Of a stretch of 64,000 nt of DNA, positions 25,129 through 37,700 are shown in pieces (position 1 is the stretch's first letter; each line of letters opens with the position of its first letter). The position numbers and the translations under genes are program-made. The notes beneath the pieces are model-generated. The model ran no database searches. It was not told where the DNA came from and was given only the letters and a program-made list of their open reading frames with translations. Location of the stretch: assembly GCF_002113885.1 (NCBI RefSeq), contig NW_018480057.1, positions 115,208 to 179,207 of the forward strand, read 5' to 3'. The stretch is from Mizuhopecten yessoensis. Lineage: Eukaryota.

Positions 25129-26534
25129 TTGCTTTGACTATGCATCTCTTCCAAACATTCACAAAGATCGGCTTAACCAATTCTAAATTCCTATTAGTAT
25201 ATAAGAACCTTGCCTTAAAAAATCTAGTGAGTTTCAATATGAATAGCTGATGATGTTATATGATACTGCTTTGATTTGGCTTATCCGAGGACTGATATAT
25301 ATTTTTGGTGAATTGACCTTTTTATCATTCTTCACTTGATGTTTCATTTTTTTTAACAAAACATCCCAAATGCCAAGTGTACAGGTACGATCAAATCTTT
25401 TACACTGAATATATTGTCAGTGAACTTAGAAAGGTTGAGACTTAAGTTGAACGATGAACATTTATTTCAAGTTTCTTGACATTCGGATAATTTAAGTCTC
25501 TCTCTTTAGAATTTGTAGAAATAGTAACCTTGTTTTTGACCCCTGATATGGCAAACTTGTACAATAGATTATGTTTGTGAACATGTACTTAAAAGTTTCA
25601 TAACAACAGCATTAAAAGTTTAATAACAACAGCATTAAAAGTTTCATAACAACAGCATTAAAAGTTTCATAACAACAGCATTTAAACTAAAAATAAACTT
25701 TGAATGAGAACTTCTGTAGAGCAATGGCGCAGAAATTCTATTTTTACTACCAGACCTTGTTTTAAGCACAAGAAGACTGAACCACAAAATCTTACTAGAG
25801 AATTTTTTTGTTAACGCGTACAGAGTTTCCAGAGAATAGGATCTGAATTCTTTAGAGCAATGACACCAAATTCCATGTTTACAGTTGTCAGAGTGATCTT
25901 GTCTTTCACCCCGAACCTCAGAAAGCAAACCTGTGCAAGATTTGATGTTTGTGAACACATGTATTGAAGTTTCATAACATTTGGAAAAGAGATTAAGTTG
26001 TAGAGGAATGATGCAAAAACTCTGTTTATAGTAACAACAAATGAAATCTTGAGTGATGACATTATACTGTACTGTAATAATTACCTTGGTATATTAGAAA
26101 TGTATGGCGTCATCCTTTTCTTATTGTATGTTGCTACACTTACACTATCTAAAAACAGGAGGAAAACGTTCAGATTTGAAGAATTTCCTGCAGAAAATCA
26201 GTAAATTTATATCTCAAAGGAGAATTTTAAGAGACGGGCGAATTTTTTCTCCAGATAAAATTTACTAAAAAAAATCAGTTAAGTCTTTGGTTTGGTAGAT
26301 TGGTTCCTGCTTGTAGTTGTTCTACCTCAATTTAACTATAGCCTGCTTGAATTTGAAAATAAAGTGGGGGTTTTTTATCAAAATTTGGGAGATATTCCTC
26401 AATTTTACTTCATTTTTGTCTCTCAAGCAGGTTTGACTGTACCTTAATGGAAACAGTATCTTAATTTGTTTAACGTAATTATGAAAACTAGAGTACATTA
26501 ACACTGTTTGTTTTTATCTCCTGTGGTACATGCT

Positions 26535-27263
26535 TGACGGCCATCTTGGTATTTTGATCAGTCCCAAAATTAGATGTCTTCTTGTAAAATCAAAGAAAGG
26601 TCCCTCAAGCACTTTTTGAGAAATAATGCCACCTGTTGGTCTTGTTTTCATATCAATCCCAAAATTTGATATGCTAGCAACGGACCATGGGAAAACTAAT
26701 TCCTGTTAAATTTTAGGAAATTTCTTCTACTTTCTTTGAAATGCTACTAAAAAAAAAAAATTTCTCAAAATTCAAGATGGCCACCTATTGGCCATCTTGG
26801 TTTTCATAAAATGAGTCCCATAATTAATATGCGTAACAAGGGTCCATAGGAAAACTTTACATTTAATTTTAGGAAGTCCCTCAAGCACATTCTGCGAAAT
26901 AGTGCTAACAAACTTTTACTCACAAAAATTGAGATGGCCACCTGTCAGCCATCTGCATATTCATATCAGTCCCAAATTTGATATACATCATGAGGGAACA
27001 TGGGAAAACCTCATGTAAAATTTTAGGAAGTTCCCTCAAATACTTCAAAATTTCACCATCTTGGTTTCCGTTCAGTCAAATAATTTGATATGCGTGACTA
27101 GAGTCACCATGAGAAATTTCAAGAGATACTGATATTTGAAAAAGATCCCTCTAGTACTTTCTGAGAAATAGTGCTAACAAGTTGTTTAATGATGTACTGA
27201 GGAGACCACGGACGAAGGGTTGTTTGATTAATAGCCCACCATCATCAGATGGTAGGTTAAAAA
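26535..27263 (+). mobile_element. HINE-like element with degenerate ~155-bp internal units (plus orientation)
   Basis: Repeated ggccatcttgg..gatcagtcc..ccctcaagcact units; 3' hairpin aatagcccaccatcatcagatggtaggttaaaaa. Confidence 0.55.
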
Positions 27264-27382
27264 TATAAATAAGGTGCCCGTATCACTCACCTGGATATTT
27301 AATCAATCATGTCAAAATAATACTATTACAAATATTTCCCCCATTTCAGTTTCTACTTCTCAATACCAAGTGGTTAGATTCA

Positions 27383-29404
27383 TTTTAGCTCATCATCATC
27401 ATCAAATGGTGGGCTATTCAATCGCCCTTCATCCATCCTTAAACAAGTCCTTTTAATGCTTCACATGTAAGTTCCCCCTGATCCCTAGTTGTGCGTGTTA
27501 ACTTTTAAGACTGATCGAAAACACAAAATGGCCAACCAGTGGCCATCTTTGATTTTGACCGTTAAGGTTTGTTATCCCTCTTCCTCAGAAAGTACCAGAG
27601 GGATCTTTCTCTTTAATATGAAGGTTGGTATAAACCTGTGAATTTTAACTGTCGGGACCGATCAGAAAAACAAAATGGCCAACAGGCTGCCATCTTGGAT
27701 TTTGACAGGTAAGATTTGTTATCTGTATTTCTCAGAAAGTACTTGAGAGATCTTGTCTCATATTTGATATGTATGTTCCCCTTGCTAACAATTCCCCTGG
27801 CCCTTATGAGAAATTTTCCCTCATTGACAGATATTCTAATTAAGAAGGGTCAGATCCTGACAGAATGGCTCTTATTTTCTTTATGGCCAGTCATTGTATA
27901 TATGGTAATTATATGGAAATCTCAACCGATTCTATATTATCACCCAGCATCTAATTCTCGAGGCTGGGATTGGACCTAGGAGTCAACTATGGTAGCATAT
28001 ACTAGATGCGTCTTTATACCTATGTTTGTGTGCCGTTTTATATCGGGGATCAGTATTGTTTTTTTAATATCAAATTTCCTCTACATATTTGGGCCCTGCC
28101 CCTTCAGCCCCAGGGGTCACACCATATAGATGTTCATCTTGCTCTATTGACATTTCAAACAAAATACAACATGTATGGTAAAAAATACAGACTTTAGGCA
28201 CCTGGACCACTTTGGCCTCAGGGCAATAACATCCCTTGTTTACAAATGTACATGTATATGTTGAGTTTCCTTGGATCAAGAAAGTACTTTACCAGAGCTG
28301 CTGGATCTTCTAGATTTACATTTACACACATAGGGAGATATTAGCCAGGTGGCATAGTACTAGTAGTTAGTGGATAAGGCAGCTCCTGTGAATTCCTCAA
28401 AAATTGTTTTGATTTATGTATATGCTAATTGTATATCTATGTACTGTAAAGTGCTTTAGAGTGGCTTATGTTAGCTAGATAGTGAAGGGCAACTTTTGAG
28501 ACTGATCGGATAAACAACATGGCCGACAGGTAGCCATCTTGGATTTTGATAGTGAAAGTTTGTTATTAGTATTTCTCAAGAAGTACCAGAGGGACCTTTC
28601 TCAAATTTTATATGTAGGTTCCCCTTGGTCCTTAGCTGTGCAGAGCAACTTTTTAGACTGATCGGATAAACAATATGGCCGACAGGCAGCCATCTTGGAT
28701 TTTGATAGTGAAAGTTTGTTATCGCTATTTCTCAGGAAGTACGAGAGGGATCTTTCTCAAATTTTATATGTAGGTTCCCCTTGGTCCTTAGCTGTGCAGG
28801 GCAACCTTTGAGACTGATCGGATAAACAACATGGCCGACAGGCAGCCATCTTGGATTTTGATAGTGAAAGTTTGTTATCGCTATTTCTCGAGAAGTACGG
28901 GAGGGATCTTTCTCAAATTTTATATGTAGGTTCCCCTTGTTCCCTTGTTGTGCAGGGCAACCTTTGAGACTGATCGGATAAACAACATGGCCGACAGGCA
29001 GCCATCTTTGATTTTGATAGTGAAAGTTTGTTATCGCTATTTCTCNTGGGAAGTACCAAAGGGATCTTTCTCAAATTTGATATGTAAGTTCCCCTTGTTC
29101 CCTTTTTGTGCAGCAGTGCCTGAAATGGATGGATGCCTGCTCGCCAATGGAGGTTAAAGTCTTGCTCGAGCGACCAAAAGTTGTCAAAAGTGAGGTAGTC
29201 ACTGGCCCAACAAAATAGTTTGGGCGACTGTCAAAAAATTAATGAATAAAAGAAACTATAAAACCTTCCACACTAACTGGGGGGCAGTACATTTTTCTGT
29301 TGTCATTACTTCGATATGAGGAAAGAAGAGTAAAGATCGAACTGACAAAGAACTAATGAAGATGGTACAATGGTTGGCGCCAAGATCCCTCTGGAATCTC
29401 CTGT
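27383..29404 (-). mobile_element. HINE-like element with a 156-bp internal satellite array (28480-29100)
   Basis: Starts ttttagctcatc..atggtgggctatt (hairpin end). gactgatcggataaac recurs at ~28500, 28656, 28812 and 28967. The end block gcgccaagatccctctg..ctcctgtt is shared with 60290-60318. Confidence 0.7.
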
Positions 29405-30668
29405 TTTTAATTCCCCCTACTTCTACAACATTTAATCCCATTGGCTAAGGATGCTCCAGATAAACATTTTTGGTTCAAATCCCTCCATCTATGTAGAAGG
29501 GGGATTTTGAAGATGAACTTCTATTTCCCCTATTTGGTTCCACCCCTTCCATCTATACAACATTGTCTGAATTGCAATCGCCCCTGTCCAAATTTGGTTT
29601 AACCCTTTCACCCCTAGGTAACTTTAGTAGACTCTGCCATTCATTCAGCTGGATGAGTCAATTATGGTTTGCAGTGGTGGAAGGGTTAAACCCCTTTATC
29701 TGACTAACTTGTGGGGCCTTGCCATTGCTCACATGGGTGGGTGCCACACTATTTATAAAACAGAGTCCACATTGCCCTGCAACCAAATTTGGTTTAATCC
29801 CTTCATTCAAACACAAGGAGAAGGATTTTAAAAATTTACCTCTATATTTCCCCTATTGGACCATGTCCTCATGGGACCACACCTACTGCTTATGCAACAT
29901 CTCGAGTCTGGAGTAATTTTTGCCTAATAATGATCCAGGTCAAAATTTTGCTAAATCCTTTGAGGATTTTAAGGATTTATCTTGATTCCCCCTACTAAGT
30001 CCCACCTCTCTGTGACGTCAAAGTGTTACAACCCAATGTGGCCACAACTACTGACACAACATTGAGCCCCCTTGGCCCAAGGATTCTCCAGATCAAATCA
30101 ATATAGGCCTCGTCCCTCTGCCCTAGAAGTTGGGATACGCACCCTGATTATACAATGCTGAATACCCTTGGCCCAAGGATGCTCCATCATAATACAAAAG
30201 TCAAACCGAAGTTAGTGAAATTGAAATATAGGTCACAGTGACCTACATTTGCTATATCTACAAATGAAGTTTGATATGACTGCTTCGGACTAGCTACATG
30301 ATAAATACATAACTATGTTGATAGTTTTAACAATTTATTTCAGTTTAATTTGTAGTTGTGCATCAGATTTCAACAGAGTTGAACAAAGAGACAAACATAA
30401 AAATGAATAATGGAGATATTACAATGTCTCAACTCTCAAGTGTAATCACTTACAGGTTGTAGATTATACAATGATGTCAGAATGTGACATCTCCAGCCCG
30501 ACAGCTACATAAAGTAGGTCATAAAATGACATAACAGTGTGACATGTGACTATCACTAAGGTCATGTAGTAACATCACAGAATCACACTAGGATATCAAA
30601 ATGTGACAACCATTAGGTCACCTTTGGTCATCACAATTTGAAAACCTCTTAGTTCAAAGAGTGGCATC

Positions 30669-30756
30669 AACTCATTCACCCCTGAAGACGCTTTTGAACT
30701 CTTCCAATTCATAGGTTGGAATAGTTCATTATGAAATTTCAGGGTGAATGAGTTAA
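30669..30756. mobile_element. ~90-bp TTAA-associated hairpin MITE; related copies at 32424-32512 and 38345-38435, sister family at 29599-29689 and 34241-34331
   Basis: TIR (tt)aactcattcaccc(c)tgaa. The sister copies read TTAACCC..GGGTTAA, which is piggyBac-like. Confidence 0.65.
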
Positions 30757-33700
30757 AATGTGACCATATTTTAGGTTTTTGTAATAAAGCAAGAATCCAT
30801 CAGGTGACAACACTTAAATTACTCTTCTGCTTATGGTAATCCCTAGAAAACTCTTGTTACATATGTTTAAAAAAATCCTGGATTACCACAAAATTAGGAA
30901 GATGGTAACACTGCTGATTTACATGTATGAAACATTTTATGTTATGTAAAGATGAATCACAAAACCGGTTAAGTTAACAGACTTCTGAGAAGGAAGACTC
31001 TCATGCCTATTTAAAATAACTATAAAGTTTGTAATTTTGAATCGAATTTGAAACAAAAAAGCACATGTTGCAGAAAATAGGACTGAATAATTGAGTAAGA
31101 AAATGTTACCTAAACTACCGAATTATCATACTCTGATAAAATTCAAGATCTAAAAAACACATTTATTTACACGGTATACATCCCATTCAATAAATAAACC
31201 ACTCAATATACATTGTATTACCAATTATTTTACATTTTATCCTCAAGACAGTAAATCTAGAAATTACATATAGTGCATATAATCTTTCATATCAAATAAT
31301 CATATTTTAATCAATAAATATCTCATTTTAATTGTAATGATGCAAGTATGTGCTTCTATTATAAAACTGAAAATGTTTCAGTATTTGTTCATACAGCAAG
31401 TGTGATAAAATGTGGTAAAAGTTGTTGGGTTCTTGTACATGTGAAGTGTTTCAATAATGTGCATTAAAGCATACAATGTTCACTCAAGGGTGTATTACTG
31501 ACAAGATGAGAAACTCAAACAATATTGATCAACAAGCTTACGAAACATGTAACACAGAAAAACCATGTATGTTGGTCAAATACACAGAATAATGCAACCA
31601 GATTCTGTAAAACATCTTAATGAAATTAATGAATAAAACTATGAATGACATCATATTTTTTTTCCATGATAGAAATCTTAAAATTGATATATTCTTCAAG
31701 TTAAAACAAAAAAACACAAAAAAAACCCGAAAGATACCAGTTCGCTTCATGTTGAATAATCATACGGGCTATTTCTCCAGAAATAAATAAATATATTCGG
31801 GGAGCAGCGAGACTCATCCTTTTTTAACCCCCCCCCCCCATCTATTTTTACAGAGATCGTAATAAAAACACCCTTCATACTATCGATGAAACATGTTAAT
31901 GCTCCCTGCCCCTTCATATATTCATACATGTACCTGGAATAACCCTGCCATCTTTGTAGACACATTGTATGCATACCTTGTTTAAATCACCTAAGACAAA
32001 GTACCATGAAAAATATTGATACTGCTGCTACTAGAACGATCACAAAATAATCATATTTACAACAGATAAATACACTGCTGATCACTTCATATTTTAAATA
32101 TGTCTAAGATCATGCGGAAACGGGACAGATACACCTTAATTCTAACCGAAAAACTTTTAATTAATTAATTAACAAATTTGAAAATTCTAACAGAGTCACT
32201 TGCAAACAAAATAAAATGGAGTTCTGATAAATCATTAGCATCTGATCAAGTGGTTACCTGCCTAATCTTAGCATTGAAAACTTAGACAGTTCTTGAGCTC
32301 TGAACAGCTTAAAATATACTTACACATATATAACACAACACAATAATTTCACTTGGTAAACCTACAGACATGCCCATACATCTCGCTCTTGCATGCATCT
32401 TAAACACAATACACAAATAAGATTTAACTCATTCACCCCTGAAATTTTATAATGGACTATTTCAATCTTTGAATTTGAAGAGTTCAAATGCATCTTCAGG
32501 GGTGAATGAGTTGAAGCAGATTTTGTTAAGATAGGTTTCTGTTGATTTTTCAGTTACTTCAAGCATTGTCCTAGTGATTTTCTTGTCATCAACATAAAAC
32601 TGAACAATATACATATATGAAGTGGTCTCATGCATTTCAATCCACTTCAAAATGCTGCCTTGTACATTTTTTGTGGTATCGGACAGGTTTTCTTTTAAAT
32701 GAAGAGGCGTCAAGACTTACTTAGTTGTCTCAGTGTTTACAGCCAAATCCACATCTACTGAAATGTAGCTCACCTTATAATTACCGGGTTATCGCAGAAA
32801 CCAGATATTAAAAATAATAGATGGTCAGCTGATGATTTAACTATAAAATATTAAATCTTTCAAATAGTGAAACAATGTCAAATTTCTGTGGGAATTTATC
32901 TTTGTCACAATCGACATTATGACAATGGGTATTGTTTAACCACTTTTACACAATATTGATAATCAACCATTACACAAAAACCAAGATGTTTAAAATAAAT
33001 TATTTTCTGTAAAATCACAATTTGTCATCGTTTGAAGTATTCAATTTTTTTATCTCTGGATCCTCTTCCTTAATCACAACACATAGAGGACTTTGTATTG
33101 CATTAAACATTCATCTGAATACTAGATAATTCTAACATCAAAATGTTACTTGAAAGGTTAATGTCTTAAATGTTTTAAAGAACTTTGGTTCTGGATCAGA
33201 CTTTATGTGTAATGAAAGCACATGTAACACGTTCAATGGAATCAAATACCGAACTGGAATGCTTCTTACACAAGTTCAAAGTCCCAGGCTGGGGACACCC
33301 CTCTATGTTATTGTTTATAAGTAAAGCATTATAATCAACAAACATTTGGTGAATTACTCATTAAGCAGAGCATGGCATGAATGGCAATGGAGTATCTAAA
33401 TGGTATAGCAGCTAAACCATCCTTACACAAACTACTCATACAACACAGGGCGCCAGTAAGTTTGTATTTGTTAAGTTGCTAATGTGTAGACAAACCTGAT
33501 ATTGAAGAAATAATCCAGACAGTGAATGAGTAGGTCAACAAAAACAACTTTTGGCCAACATCTCAAGAATGTTTTGAAATTACTGCAAATCAAAACCTCT
33601 GAGCTATTGTCCATTGACTATCGGTGTTTTCCAATTTGACAGTTATGATGAAACTCTAAATATCTTCAAACACAGAACATAAAATTGCACTTGAAAAATG

Positions 33701-34777
33701 AACATAACAAATAAAACCAGAAAACACACAAAAAATAACAGTTGTTGTTGATCGTATTTACAAAATTTTCAATTGTACCTAAATTTCTTCTACAGCCACA
33801 TCAACATATATAGAGAGTTGACATTCACACAATCGCCCCCAAATTCTCACAGACACAGTTAGTCTGGACCCTCACGCACCACATATAACAACCCAGCACT
33901 AGAATATACTTGTCTCACAAGACCCACAACTCAGTATTATGTCAATCCTCAGCACAAATCCCAATCTTCTGAAGAAAGAACTTCTATAGATTCTGTATAC
34001 ATAGATCAATATTATAAGCAGTATTATTTTTCATAGATTTCATGGAACTATTAATCTATGAATAAAACATGGAAAAAGAACATTTCTAGTGTAACATAAC
34101 ATTATGTCCCAAGCAATTTTGAAGCCCAAAAATCAACCCTATGCACAAGTTTCTTTTATGTTAATGTCAAAATAATACCTTGAAATTATAGCTATGTACC
34201 ATATTTCTACTGATACTGTTTTGACGAAATGAAAAATCTCTTAACCCTTTCATCACTGTAGAACATAATGGACTCATCCAGATCAATGCATTGTAGAGTC
34301 TACTAAAGTTACATAGGGGTGAAAGGGTTAATAAGGACCATTCTAATATAGCTTGACCTGCAATTATGTTAGGATGGATAACATACAGGGTTACCCAAAC
34401 TACTTGCACAGATTTCAATTCAAGCACTTAATTTTGCATTTAAATAGTTAAACAAATTCAATAAATAAACAATTACTTTGTTAAGTTATAGGAAACACTG
34501 GAAATTCTTACAAACGCTTCTGCTGTCAGTAAAATTAAATGCAGTAGAGGAGAAATTCCTACTTTATCTGAAAAGATTTTGTGAGCTGGTTTAACACAAC
34601 ACTGTAAAGCCATGTGTCCAGATCATACCCAGGTGTACAGTATAAATACACCTCATCACAATTTTCTGTATTTGGTCAACATATGCTTAGTTCTAGTCAA
34701 TTCTCCTGGGCGAGTCTGCTACACTAGACTAGCTTTTGCCTGGAATTCTTGTTACATCATATGATCCGAGTTGTAGC

Positions 34778-37700
34778 TTATTTCTGCTGCGTCACTTGAT
34801 TTCCAAGCCTGGAAAGAAATCCACGAAAGCAATTATATCATGATCAACTGCAGATCAGTCACTAAATTCCAGGGCATTGAATGTATTTTGTAAATAATGC
34901 AGGTATGATTAAATTTCATTACAACAAGGTCATAGTCATCCAGATCTCCCCCCGAGGGAGTTTTAGAAAAGAGTAAGCAAAATTGAGGGTTGGTGTTAAA
35001 TGAGTTTGTATTTCAGTTTTACTGCAATTAATTTTAATCTAAATTGCCGACCTCAAACTTTGTACCTGACTTGTGTATTAGGGAATTAGACTTTGGACAA
35101 AGAATTTCAATGTAATTCTGCAGATATAATTCTGCAGTGAAAATATTTAACAAACTTCAAACACTATTAACACAAAAATGTATTAACGAAATGGGGAATT
35201 TTGGCAGTTTATGCTTTATATGTGTTTCCATGGTAAGAGAAAAAATATAGTTAATGAAAACTCCTGTATAGCAAAAGGTACTACTAGACCATTAGATCAA
35301 TACACGTATAAAGTTTTGTGAAGTTATCTGGACTATTACAGAGTAGTGCTCTAGAAACAGTTTATCTTGAAAGAACGGACAGTCGGACTAAACGTAAGCT
35401 TCAAATAATCAGGCCAGTAATTGATTCGGCCAACAACACCTTATTCTGGCATATATGTGACACAGCACCTTTAACAAGTCTGAATTCCACTCATGAAACA
35501 GTGGGAAAATATGCTCTGGAAATCTACACTTTGCATCAAAGATCAAAACATGACATGTATTTGAATGCAACCCAGCATATTCTAAGTGTTTGATCTTAAC
35601 GGCAGACCGAAAGACAATCACAATGAATTCATTGTAGGTCTGTGGGATTCATTTACTTCATATACCAAATTGTCTATGAAGTGATTTCTTAGGATTTTTA
35701 TGATAGTAGTGAGAAAAAAACTCCTCTGTTAAATAACTTATCTCCAAGTCAAAATATATAATACAGGGAGTGGGAGATCCAATGTCTGTGCAAAGAGTTC
35801 AGCAGATGGATTCCACGAGGAAACCACGAGTCCAGCCATAAAAAGAAGAGAAATCAGAAGGAATAGATGGCCATGACAACTTCGTGCTGGATATATTGAA
35901 TACTAAATATATGAGTAAAATTTTATTGGTCAAGGTCTGGTCTATCAAAATTTCAGTAGTTCAGAAATCTATACACCTAATTGTCTATGGTGTTTAGATG
36001 CTAAATACTAATGACTGTCAGTTGGCCAATATTTCGTCCAGACGCTGAGAAGGACACACACAAGACAAGGTAAAATCTTTATAAATATCCTGGACTTTGT
36101 TGAAGGTCGACTCGGGTATACAAAATAACATTCTGGTGCCAACAGAAACTGGAGAAAACAAGAGGCTCATGGGCCTAAACGGTCATCTGAGTCCTACAGT
36201 ATTAATTTTTGTTGTTGATATATGAAGTGGAGATAATGATGTCAATCATCCTTACCAAAATTTGAGTAAAAAATAGTAAAGTATAAGGTTAAGTTAAGTT
36301 TGTCACGACAATAAGTTGATCACTCCTAGACCGAGTTTCAGTTAAATAGGCCTATAAGAAATTGATCTTAAGGTTGTTGGTTTTTTTTAAATGGGCCCAG
36401 TAGATCTACACTTGACTTTAAGTTTGAAATAGTTTTTCAAAGTGGCTGCCATGGTGGCCATATTGGATTTCTGATCGACCTGAAAAATAACAACACTTTG
36501 TCAGGACTATGAGTTGATCATTCCTACCAAGTTTCAGTTTAATAGGGCCAGTAGAACTTGACTTTAAGTTTGAAATAGTTTTTCAAAATGGCCAGCCGTG
36601 GTGGCCATATTGGATTTCTGATCAGCCCGAAAAATAACAACACTTTGTCAGGACCATGAGTTTATCATTCATACCAAGATTCAGTTAAATCGTCCCAGTA
36701 GAACTTGACTTTGGTGTATAAAGTTTGAAATAGTTTTACAAAACGGCTGGCTGTGGCGGCCATATTGGATTTCTGATCGACCCAAAATAACAACACTTTG
36801 TCAGGACCATGAATTTATCATTCATACCAAGTTTCAGTTCAATCGTCCCAGTAGAACTTGACTTAAAGTTTGAAATAGTTTTTCAAAATGGTGGCCATAT
36901 TGGATTTCTGATCGGCCCGAAAAATAACAACACTTGGTCAGGGAGTAGTCAGTAACATTCCCATGAAGTATCCATGAAATCCCTTTGACAGTATTTCAGC
37001 TTAAGTTGAAAATGTAAAACGGTAACGGACGACGCACGACGGACAGACGAAGACAGATAGCAATAGGTCACTTGAGCTAAAGCTCAGGTGACCTAAAACA
37101 CCTTACAAATCAACCTACCATTCCATAGCCTCCTCCAAGCCTGTTCCCTTTAATGCAGATGTTTTGAATATTTGATATGTATGCTTGATAGCATTTAGTC
37201 CGAGTGCATTGGACACTTCTGCAGGGGTCATGGCACCCTCTATATCTTGCTTGTTTGCAAATATCAGAAAAGTCACTTTTTTTAATTCTTCTTCCTAAAA
37301 AGCAAAAGAAAAGTTTAACATGAACATAAGTCATTTGATAACTGATGCAGGATACCTTTTTAATATGAAACCTGTGTCTGATGAAAGATTAGTCATGCCT
37401 TGGGATGCACAAACACAAAGTGCATGTACAATTAGTCCATGAAGACAAAAAGTGCAATCAAGACTGTAAAGCCCAATGGTTCCGCACAACCATTGCAAAA
37501 TCATGGAAATGCTTGAATTTCAGTTTTAAAATGTTTTTCCAAAATCATTCCTGTAAGTTCCATATAAAGTCGTATTATAATGATGTACCTCTAAAGCAAC
37601 TAATAGTTTTATAACTTCAAAATGAAAAAAAATAAAAAATAAAAATAATAAATTCATCCGACACAATTGAAATCAGAGCTATTCCTATTGTTAATTAATA

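Noticed and set aside
37110-37334. Cys-rich 74-aa ORF resembling a defensin/myticin-type peptide
   Set aside because: It is an alternative frame of ARL1 exon 37294-37119 and has no signal peptide.
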